Shown here: positions 53,919 through 64,000 of the stretch, one piece after another | Layout of the letters: the number at the start of each line of letters is the position of its first letter | Position numbering within the stretch: the stretch's first letter is position 1 | From: Octopus sinensis | Lineage: Eukaryota | Assembly: GCF_006345805.1 (NCBI RefSeq) | Contig: NC_042998.1 | Span: 63,488,001-63,552,000, forward strand | Reading direction: 5' to 3' | Length of the DNA stretch: 64,000 nucleotides | Program-made: the position numbers and the translations under genes | The notes under the pieces: model-generated | What the model saw: only the letters and a program-made list of their open reading frames with translations | Databases searched by the model: none | What the model was told of the DNA's origin: nothing

Positions 53919-53964
53919 CACTTTATACACATATCTATATGCTTATTGAATTTAAAATTTTGAA

Positions 53965-54385
53965 AACGTGGTTTCTTGCCCATTCGGTGTCTCTGTCAAC
54001 GAAAACATAGGAATCCACTAAAGAAAAGAAAATCAGAAATGTCTGTGACTATGTGTATGTGTGTGTATGGAGGGGTGACTGTGAGCCAGGTCCGCAGGAG
54101 AGGCGGGATGAAATCTGAAAAATTAAAAACTTGAAGGAAGGAGAGGTTGAGATGGGGATTTGAAATTTGGAAAAGGGGGTTTAAAAACGATTCGAAAAAT
54201 TTCAAAACTTTTAATTGGGGGCAGAGGACGTGAAATTAAAAAAGGGGTTTTTTTTTTGCATCTTCGTTAATCTTCGACATCTAAAACGTAGGAATCTCTA
54301 AAACTTTTTTTTTCAATGAAAATCATTTTTCCAAGAGAGGTGCGATTCTGCATTATCCCGTAAGACAACGGTTGTTTTATATTGA
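53965..54385 (-). mobile_element. Non-coding repeat of the same family as 50090-50460
   Basis: Reverse-complement similarity around cagaatcgcacctc and tcctacgtttt.gatgtcg. Confidence 0.4.
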
Positions 54386-55329
54386 AGTTGATCTGATAGG
54401 TATTTCATCCACGAAAATCTGGGTTGCTGTTTTTTCCCAGGATTTTTTGTGGTTTCTTTATATATATATATATATATATTTATTTATTTATCAAAAGAAA
54501 CAACAGGATGCAAAGGACTTTGCGGTACATATGTTTCTGGCTTTATTGAGCAATTTATATCAATGCATAATTGATATAACATGTAGGTCAACATCATTCT
54601 TCAGCCGCGTACAATTACCTCACCAAAGACATGTATTACATTATAGCAGGTTTGAGAAAAAGTTTGGGAAAAAAACGAGTTTCATTGGGAAGGTAAATCC
54701 TCATAGCCGTATGCGGCGTAGCGAGACACCAAACAAAACGTCCATACCGGTTTTTAAGTCGATAAGGAATAAGGTGGGTAGGATGTTGAGAGAAAGAGGG
54801 ATGAGGTGGAGGGGGTGACTCTTTAATGAAGTTGGGATCACAAAGAGGAAAAAGTATATGTATAAATCTAAACATGATTATACAGGATAATAGTAAGTAC
54901 AAAATGTAATAAAAAGAATAAAGATGTAAAAAAATAAGTATATACAGATACAAAGTATGTTATGAGTAAGGTCATAAATTCTAGAGATGTATTGTGACAG
55001 TGCAGAAGGTATCAGACCTAAAGGGTAAAGAGTAAGATTAAAAGTAAAAAATAGTAAGGAAATACAAATAAGGATATAGAAGCGAAAGAATAAAGACGAA
55101 AAATAAAGGGATAAAAGATAAAAAAAGAAATAAAAAGCGGATATAAGGTTAAGTAAGAGAAGAATAAAGTGATAGAGAAAAAAAAATACAGAAAAATACA
55201 TGGCGTTTAGAGATGATATGTTAGGGTTGATGTTTTAGTGAGTGTCATAAATTAAATCTTAATTATCTGGGGAGGTAGTGGGTGAATGGTTAATTTCAGT
55301 ATATATATATAAGCAACTTATAAATAAGG

Positions 55330-56260
55330 GGAAATGAAAAAATTTCTAATGCCAAATATGTCGAAAATTGGACATATTGTCCATAACCATATAACTTTTC
55401 ACAATACGCACGCTACTCGAAAAAAAAAGCCGACAGAAATTTCTAAAAAATTCCATTATTACCATATCGGTAATTCTTTTGCAATTCTTTTGTGTTTCAG
55501 CACACGATCTCAGATCAAGTCACTTGCTATGCAAGTACATCTCCGTAATTTAAATTTCATTTCTATCAGGATTTCGTTGCTCGAGCAGCATCTCAGACGA
55601 AATTTATGCAGGACAGACACAAGCTGACAGACCAGATTTAACAGTAAAAGTATTTAATATGAAACTTAGGGATCTCTTGCATGATATTTTGGGGAAAGAT
55701 GTTTTGGGAGTGTTTGAGGGGTACATGTGGACTATAGAGTTTTAAGAGTGTGCACTACCCCATTGTCATATTTTGTTCATATTAAAAATAAAATCCAGAA
55801 CATTATGATAAATTTGTTTATGCAGAACTTCCAAATTCACAAACACAACGAATTCTGTTGCAACATGTCATCAAAAGCATGCTACATGGTCCATGTGGAA
55901 GAGATAAACCCAGATGCAACATGTATGGTTGATGGGAAATGTAAAAAAAACATTTCCCTAGAGACTTTAAGGAAAATACATTACACAGTTATAATGGCTT
56001 TCCACTTTACCTACGTCGAAATAATGGTTTTTATATTTATAAAGTCTAATGTTGAATGAGATAATCATTCAGTAGAACCGTATTCCCCCTTCTTTTCAGT
56101 CAAATATGGAGGTCATTGTAATGTAGAGATATGTGCATCTGTAAAATCAGTTAAATATATTAGCAAATATATTCATAAAGGTCATGATCGGGTGACAGTC
56201 AATATTAGTGGACAAACCAAGAAGCATTGATTCATCATGGCAGTTGTTTATGGAGATTGT
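55330..56260 (+). pseudogene. Helitron Rep-domain remnant with upstream non-coding part
   Basis: INPDATCMVDGKCKK, GFPLYLRRNNG, DNHSVEPYSPFFSVKYGGHCNVEICASVKSVKYISKYIHKGHDR match Helitron Rep motifs (NP.SPCM.DGKC.K.FPK; DN.WVVPYNP.L..KY.AHINVE.C.S.KS.KY..KYI.KGHD); frameshifted. Confidence 0.85.
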
Positions 56261-56299
56261 CACAAATATGTCTACACAACACCCGTCGGTCCATGAACA

Positions 56300-56650
56300 A
56301 GACAGAATACGGACTAACTTGTCCCAGAAAATCACTCATGCGAAAGATAAAGAGAACGAATAAAAAAATCAGCCGCCTAAAATACTGCCAGCAACAACAC
56401 TCCCACATGGTGGATTTAGACACGCTAGAATCAAAGCACCATCTACAAAACTGTTTGAAAAATGCTATTGAAGATCAAAGAAAGGCAGAAGAGAAATGAG
56501 CCATTAATAAAATAAAAGCCAACCCGAAAGTGTTCTTCTCAATTTCTAAAAAACATAAGGTTGCAGTCTCATCTACTGGACCTCTCATTCATGCAAACAA
56601 CACACTGCAAATAGTTACAGAGGACTTAGTCGAGATTCTGCAGAAATAGC
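56300..56650 (+). pseudogene. CR1-type LINE ORF2 linker fragment
   Basis: EDQRKAEEK*AINKIKANPKVFFSISKKHK...SSTGPLIHAN resembles E..AI..IK.NPK.FF.Y.K.....IGPL. Confidence 0.7.
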
Positions 56651-56688
56651 TGAATTGAGATAGAATATTAAAACTTCGTGCACACATA

Positions 56689-57100
56689 GGCGCAGGAGTG
56701 GCTGTTTGGTAAGTAGCTTGCTAACCAACCACATGGTTCCGGGTTCAGTCCCACTGCGTGGCATCTTGGGCACGTGTCTTCTGCTATAGCCCCGGGCCGA
56801 CCAATGCCTTGTGAGTGGATTTGGTAGACGGAAACTGAAAGAAGCCTGTCGTATATATGTATATATATATATAAGTGTGTGTGAATATGTTTGTGTGTCT
56901 GTGTTTGTTCCCCTAGCATTGCTTGACAACCGATGCTGGTGTGTTTACGTCCCCGTAACTTAGCGGTTCGGCAAAAGAGACCGATAGAATAAGTACTGGG
57001 CTTACAAAGAATAAGTCCCGGGGTCGATTTGCTCGACTAAAGGCGGTGCTCCAGCATGGCTGCAGTCAAATGACTGAAACAAGTAAAAAAAAGAGTAAGA
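56689..57100 (+). mobile_element. SINE family A, complete copy (tRNA-derived head, central domain, internal microsatellite, tail)
   Basis: ggcgcaggagtggctgtttggtaagtagc (A box) ... gggttcagtccc (B box) ... cttgggcacgtgtctt ... gactgaaacaagtaaa. Confidence 0.95.
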
Positions 57101-57667
57101 GTATACGCGGCAGATATCAAGATCAATCTGTGCCAATCAGGTTTACTCTGCGTGCTTTAGTTTCGTTATTCTTGCAACAATCCGGATACTTATTGATCGG
57201 AACTCGTATGTACATAGATGTATGTGAGCGTGTCTCTGTGACTGTGTACAAGTGAAGCTATTTCTCGATAACGAAATTCTAGTCTGTTTTGTTTACTACT
57301 AACTTCTAAGCCATTCATCCTTGTTAAGTTGGAACGTGTTCTTTCTTATTTATGATATTTTAGGTATTCAGTTTTCTTTTTGTTTTCTATATATCCTTAC
57401 TACATTTATTTACCGCTTTCTTTCTCTCATTATCTCAGTGATAAAATAAAAACAATAACCGTCTTTCTTTGACAACTAATCACAGAAAGTTCTCCTAAAT
57501 TTATACATAGCTCTCATTTGGCACTGTCAACTAACAGACGCTACGTAAATAACAATGGGGTGAATTATGTTTTTTCTGAAGATCTCACTTTTGAATGTGA
57601 TTATGTAATCGCCTGCACAACGATAACTGCATAACATACTCATATGCCACACTGAAACACTTATAAA

Positions 57668-57694
57668 TCTGATGTAGTTTATGCTGTCTGCTCT

Positions 57695-57753
<59 letters not shown>

Positions 57754-57781
57754 CAGAGAAGACAGCATAAACTACATCAGA
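57668..57781. repeat. 33-bp inverted repeat around a (TA)n loop
   Basis: tctgatgtagtttatgctgtctgctctggcata versus tatgacagagaagacagcataaactacatcaga (2 mismatches). Confidence 0.85.
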
Positions 57782-57814
57782 CGGAGTATCACGTCGTATA
57801 TATATATATATATA

Positions 57815-59250
57815 TAATAATTACTATTTGAGGGAATAAAATCCAAACTTACAAGGAAAAAATTTCAATTTAGAAATTCTAACTCAAATTTCCCACAATA
57901 TAATATATATATAAAAAATTAGAAAAAACCCCACCTATTATCAATTCAAAATGAACAATTAAATTACACCATCTAGAAAATTACATATAATAGAAAAATT
58001 TAAATTAAAAAAACAATAAAATGATGTCTTGCAAACAACTTGCTACCAGTCCAAAGCTCCGTATACCGGAAGCCAGCAAGTGTATGGGGTCATCAGGAGA
58101 GAATGCGCGCCGTTTCGGGGCCTACCTCTCGATGGCATCAATGCGCACCGGTCCCTCTCACTGATATGAGGCCCCGCTTGCTAGATCAGCTGGTTATCAA
58201 GTTAAGCTAAATATCCTTCTAGCCATCGCTCATCATCTCTTTTTAACCAAATCCAGTGGCTAGCCTTCTCCGCTGTAGATTGCATATCGGTCAAGTTAGG
58301 CCTAGCGATAACAACAGTCGTCTCACACTGTCCAACGAACCCTCTACATCCGACTTCGATTGGAAAATGTTCCGCTTTCCAGCCTGCGTCTATACATACC
58401 TCGAGGAGGTTTACATAACGGTTCAATTTTCGAGCCCGAGCGGCGTCCATATTATCTTCATGAGGAACCGTTAACTCGACTATATTTACAACTTTCTTTC
58501 ACACGACATCAAAATACCTGTTTTTTTTCGTAATTGGGTTGGGAAAGAAAACCTGGCACCCCGGTAAATCTGCAGTTATCTCCCAATAGCCGTTCCACTT
58601 TTCATTTCTCTCAGGAAGTTTCTTGATCTTCTTCTTGAAACGGATCCGCTGACCTGGTCGCACGAAGGTAACGAAATCGCTAGATGGTACTTTTAACGGT
58701 TTTTTATCTCAGTGTTGTTGAGATAAATTTGGTACTTTATAGCATTGAAGATAACCTTAAGAACCAAGTTGTGCCTCCATGTATACCTGATCAATGCTAA
58801 TGAACAGTTGGAAAGAATATGTTTCAGTGTACCGACCTTTCCACATTTGCAGATGTCATTCTCTGAGACGTTCCATCTTACTAGATTCGTAGGTGATGGC
58901 AAAACATCATAAGAGAACGAATCAGGAAACTCAGCCGAGATGTCGTCCACTTCCTCATCTCATCCAACTTATCTTAAGTAAATTGCAAAAAATAATAATA
59001 ATAACGTATATAATAGGTAGACAGTTATATTATATATCTATTAAACTATATACCTATTATATTATATACCTATTATATACGTTTTTATTATTATGTTTTG
59101 CAATTTACTTAGTCTTTGACATTTTATTGTTATTTTAATTTTAATTATCCTATGATATGTAATTTTCTAGATGGTGTAATTTAATTGTTCATTTTGAATT
59201 AATAAAAGGTATTTTTTTCTAATTTATATATATATATATATATTATTCAA
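57815..59250. repeat. AT-rich inverted repeats (~120 bp; 57905-58025 and 59115-59245) flanking the HERO fragment
   Basis: aattcaaaatgaacaattaaattacaccatctagaaaattacatat is present on opposite strands at the two sites. Confidence 0.8.
58200..58955 (-). pseudogene. RLE-endonuclease non-LTR retrotransposon C-terminus (HERO-like)
   Basis: YDVLPSPTNLVRW..CKCGKVGTLKHILSNC..RYTWRHNLVL (zinc knuckle + RHN), IVELTVPHEDNMDAARARKLNRY, FPIEVGCRGFVG, AEKASHWIWLKR. Clade assignment is from remembered motifs. Confidence 0.8.
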
Positions 59251-59603
59251 AGGAATTCCAACTGTGTCTGTTTTTTTTTATGTTTTATTTATATTCTTTA
59301 TAATATTAATGTAGAATATAGAATATATAGTAGAAATCATATATATAGTAAAATGAAATGAAGTATTGATTGTCTTATTGAATAGATGAAATAGTGAATA
59401 TAAAATATTAAGGGACTAGTATACTTTCTTGCATTAAAGCAGTCTTCAAGGCCCCAGGTTGTGACAGGAGTGTTTCAACTGTGTGTGTGTGTGTGTATAC
59501 ATATATATATATATATATTCATAACAAAGCGTGTTTCTTGCAAAGGCGGTTCTCTAGCATGACCACAGTTAAATCACTGAAACAAGTAAAAGGGAGTAAG
59601 AGA

Positions 59604-59639
<36 letters not shown>

Positions 59640-59642
<3 letters not shown>

Positions 59643-60625
59643 GAGGTATACTTGCCATCTCAATATGGCTAACCACTAAGGGTGGGTGTTACTGTAGCTT
59701 GTAGCCCCACTAGAACACCGACTCCAGCTGGCTTTAGGCACACTTTCTGTGCCCTTATGGTATTTTCAAATGGAGGTCACCCTTCCCTCGTCAACCTAAG
59801 TGATACGCACGGACTGTTGGAAAAACGATATAAGAATTTGCATTGGGACCTACCTTCATCGAAAACCGATGATTGTCGCACGCAGAGGACAGGTCAAAAC
59901 CAAGAAACTGCAGTCCATGCGTATCACTTAGGTTGACGAGGGAAGGGTGACCTCTCTTTGCAAATCCCATAAGGGCACAGAAAGTGTACCTAAAGCCAGC
60001 TAGAGACGGTGTTCTCCTGGGGCTACAAGCTACAGTAACACCCAGCCTTAGTGGTTAGCCATATTGAGATGGCAAGTATACCTCACATTGTCGTGTAGTT
60101 ACTGTTTATATCTCGTTCAGAAATGTATTATTGCTTGCAGACTGTTTTTCGAAATCAGTGACGATAAGTAACTGGAAAAACGATATAAGAATTTGCATTG
60201 GGACCTCCCTTCATCGAAAACCGATGATTGTCGCACGCAGAGGACAGGTCAAATTCTAGAAACTGCAGTCTGTGCGTATCACTTAGGTTGACGAGGGAAG
60301 GGTGACCTCCCTTTGCAAATACCATAAGGGCACAGAAAGTGTACCTAAAGCCAGCTAGAGACGGTGTTCTCCTGGGGCTACAAGCTACAGTAACACCCAG
60401 CCTTAGTGGTTAGCCATATTGAGATGGCAAGTATACCTCACATTGTCGTGTAGTTACTGTTTATATCTCGTTCAGAAATGTATTATTGCTTGCAGACTGT
60501 TTTTCGAAATCAGTGACGATAAGTTACTGGAAAAACGATATAAGAATTTGCATTGGGACCGCCCTTCATCGAAAACCGGTGATTGTCGTACGCTGAGGAC
60601 AGGTCAAAACCTAGAAACTGCAGTA
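59640..60625. repeat. 355-bp unit x2.3 in tandem, preceded by an inverted copy of ~177 bp of the unit
   Basis: tggaaaaacgatataag recurs at 59818, 60173 and 60528. 59640-59816 is the reverse complement of 59911-60089. Homologous to the repeat at 18066. Confidence 0.92.
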
Positions 60626-60834
60626 TAGCCATGGTAGACCACCGCCTTTATTCAAGCAAATCCACCCCAGAACTTATTGCTTGCAAGCTTAGTACTTATT
60701 CTATCGGTTTCTTTGCCGAATTGCTAGGTTATGGGGAGGTAACCACACCAGCATCGAAGGTCAAGCGATGTTGAGTGGACAAACACAAACACACAAACAT
60801 ATGCACAAACATAGATAAATAGACAAATACATAC

Positions 60835-60887
<53 letters not shown>

Positions 60888-60932
60888 ACGATTTCTTTCA
60901 ATTTCCGTCTACCAAATCCACTCACAAGGCTT
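60626..60932 (-). mobile_element. SINE family A, 5'-truncated
   Basis: gccatggtagaccaccgccttt...gtacttattctatcgg...ttccgtctaccaaatccactcacaaggctt. Confidence 0.8.
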
Positions 60933-63322
60933 ATAAATATATTACGCCCAATGTTGTGCTCGAACCCACAAGCTCGAGTTTAAGAATCCTGTTCTCTACC
61001 GACTGAGCTAGATGTATGTATGTATGTATGTATGTATGTATGTATGTATGTATGTATGTATGTATGTATGAATGCATGTATGTATGTATGTATGAATGTA
61101 GGTAGGTATGTATGTGTGTATGCATGTGCATGTGCATGTACGTATGTGTGTATAAGTATATGCTTATGTAAATGCAATTAATGAACAAGAACATAATCGT
61201 ATCTAATTGAACAGCACTTCGAACGATTGGAATACGGAAAATAAAGTATTCAGGTTTCATTATTTCTCTTTATTGAGATTAGCAGTATTACTATGGACTC
61301 AGCTGTGAAGTAGGTGGTACTTATGTATGTATGTATGTATGTATGTATGTATGTATGTATGTATGTATGTATGTATGTATGTATGTAGGTATGTATGTAT
61401 GTATCTATCTATCTATTTTCTGTCTGTCTGTCTGTTGGTCTGTCCGTCTGCCTGCCTGTCTTTCTGTCCATGTATCTATGATCAATTTATCTATTTATCT
61501 ATGTATCTATCTGTCCATTGGTCTATCTTTTTGTATATATATATATCATCCTAGATTTCATACATTGACAAATCAATACATTTTGTAGACTATCTATTAT
61601 CCTCTCCAACAAGATATAAATATTTTCAATTTATATTTAACAATTTTTGTTTCGCTAATTTTTCAGTTTTGTCTTTTTCAGTAACATTGTATTTTCTGTA
61701 ATAGTTGTCCTGAGGAAACATGGAAATAGTTTCACTTCGATGTTTTAGAGTGAAGAGGCTGTTTATATTTCATTTATTCATGCATATAGAATATATAGCA
61801 TCACCTGGCAAGTCCTGCAATGTTCCTAGTGTTGTCAGGCAATTCTTGTCAAAGTTTGGCACAATTTCTTTGCTAAACTAACTGATTTTTGGCACGAATT
61901 CCAATATTGTTTCATACCAAGGGAAGAATCATGTATATATATGTAGCTGATCAATCTGAAAGAAAATATCAGTTCTGTTTATCGAGGTGTAAAGCAATGG
62001 AGAGAAATATGTAAAAATTTTGTGTGGGGGTTGGAACGAGAAAGGGTGGGGGTTGATAAAGAGAAAGAGAAGAAATGGAATAATAGTGAGGGAGATGATG
62101 TAAAATGAGAAGGTGCGGAATGATAAAGATGTGGTAATGGGTGAGAATGTTTGTATTGATGATAGAAATGAAGATGCCATACATGAAAATAAGACAAAAA
62201 CAACTAAAATTTAGAATGCGAAGAAGGGAAAGAGCAGGTAGAATAAAACTATATAGGCATGTAAAAGAAAATATTTGGTATGTAGATATTGACCTGTTAA
62301 ATACAAAGATGAATAGATAAAAGGAAAAACTATTGACGAAATGCATAAAAATGTGAGAAAATTAAAGAGAGAAAGAGAGAAACATATAAACATACAGTTA
62401 TAGGTTTGATCAATGCTGTTAAAATATTCTTTATAATGCTTTCTGCTTGAGTGTGACAAACGATAAAACAACTATCACATTTATAATACACTTTTATGGA
62501 GACGCTTTCCAACTTTCTCTTCTGTCTTTGATAGAAAACAGCGTCTGATCTTTAGTTGGTTGATTAAAGGAAGAGTTTCTACCGAGTTGCTCGGACCGTA
62601 AGAATCAGAGTTCAAATATTCATGAAAAAAGTCTCTGACATCTTAAAAAACATAAAGGGAGAATTATACATTGAGAAATTCAATCGTAAGCACAATCGGC
62701 CGAATAAGAGAAAATGGCTGGGTAAAAAGGCAACAGATGGAACGATGATCAAACAAGAAAAACTGAAAGAATAAACCACAAACATCAATATCCATATTAA
62801 TGCCAGGTATAAGAAAATTACAGGTGATATTTCCTCTCAAAATAGACCTACTAACTTCAAATTAGCTAAGAATAAACTAGAGAGAAGTCTTTCATATGGA
62901 AACAGATCTCATGGAGCATATATATATATATATGCACACACACGTATAATGATTATATTTAAAATGATATCATGCTAGAGATAGCAGTCAAAACTTGACT
63001 CTAAAATCAGATCAAATATTCAATAAGCTCCAGGAGAGATGACAATAATGTTTTGCTAGTTTATTTTGTCTGTTTGTCTTCTCTCCTGGTACTGTATGAA
63101 TATTTGATGTGGTTTACAGTTAAGTTTTGACTGCTGTCTCTAGTATGATGGCATCTTCTAGATATCCTTTATTATAATTATAATTATATTTATTATCTAT
63201 GAGGTTTTTATGGCAATGCAAGTCACTTGATTCGATCGGTATTTTAAATAACGATCTTATCCTTATATATACACACACACACATACATACATACATATAT
63301 ACACACACACACACCACACACA

Positions 63323-63424
<102 letters not shown>

Positions 63425-63441
63425 TATATATATGTATATAT

Positions 63442-63838
63442 GTAGGGAGAATTCACAAAAAAAACAAAGGCCGAAACAGGTGGTGTAGACAACAAACAGA
63501 TGTATTAGTTTACCGCTCGGGAATTGAAAAACCCTTTAGCGTTTCGAGCCTACGCTCTCCCACTGAAAGAACACAAAGAAACAATAAAGAATGTGTAATG
63601 GCGACCAATCTATCATATATATATATAGTTAATCCAAACAAGAAAACATAAAAAAAACCCAAAAAACACAACAACGCGAGGACGTGGAACAAATAAAGTA
63701 TTATTGGACGCTCAGGAAAGAAGGGAAGAAGGAGGGTTTAACGTTTCGAGCGGAACTCTTCGTCGGAAACATAGGACAAGGAAAGATCCCGAGAAGGGAA
63801 GACAGAGGAAAAAAATCGCCAGTGGTACTCACGAGGTC
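63442..63838 (-). mobile_element. Two adjacent Penelope-type terminal repeats with minimal hammerhead-like motifs
   Basis: 63736-63770 minus strand: gttt-CCGACGA-a-gag-ttccg-ctc-GAAAC-GTT/aaac. 63535-63570 keeps gagc-gtag-gctc-GAAAC but has a degenerate core. Confidence 0.65.
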
Positions 63839-63867
63839 ACATATTGAAAAACCGATACATACATACA

Positions 63868-63901
<34 letters not shown>

Positions 63902-64000
63902 CACATGCATGCAGTGCCACATGCACATTCACACGTATACACAAATATGTAACTATAAGGCGTATAATTTTTTTTTGCATTATTTAGTTTACAAGATTCT

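Noticed and set aside
59640-60625. CRISPR-like or satellite array
   Set aside because: Units are 355 bp with no unique spacers, the context is eukaryotic, and there are only 2.3 copies.

Overview
AT-rich, very repeat-dense eukaryotic DNA with no confidently identifiable host gene. The SINE families, Penelope-like repeats and (TA)n/(CA)n/(TATG)n/(TATC)n density strongly suggest a cephalopod (Octopus-like) intron or intergenic region; this is an inference from repeat content. Most six-frame ORFs are microsatellite artefacts. Real coding remnants all come from transposons: three mariner elements, one Tc1 (DD34E), a maT/DD37D fragment, a Helitron Rep remnant, a Tx1/L1-clade LINE with a tandem second 3' end, CR1-type, RTE-type and HERO-type (RLE) LINE fragments, and a Penelope GIY-YIG fragment. 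There are many copies of three tRNA-derived SINE families. The most notable signals are: (1) a small tRNA-headed element carrying a minimal hammerhead ribozyme, present as an inverted pair (49612-50000); (2) further hammerhead motifs in Penelope-type repeats; (3) tandem Tx1-like LINE copies bracketed by (TATC)n, suggesting microsatellite-targeted insertion; (4) an unusual number of long inverted repeats, one with 100% identical arms. All coordinates were read by eye and may be off by a few bases.
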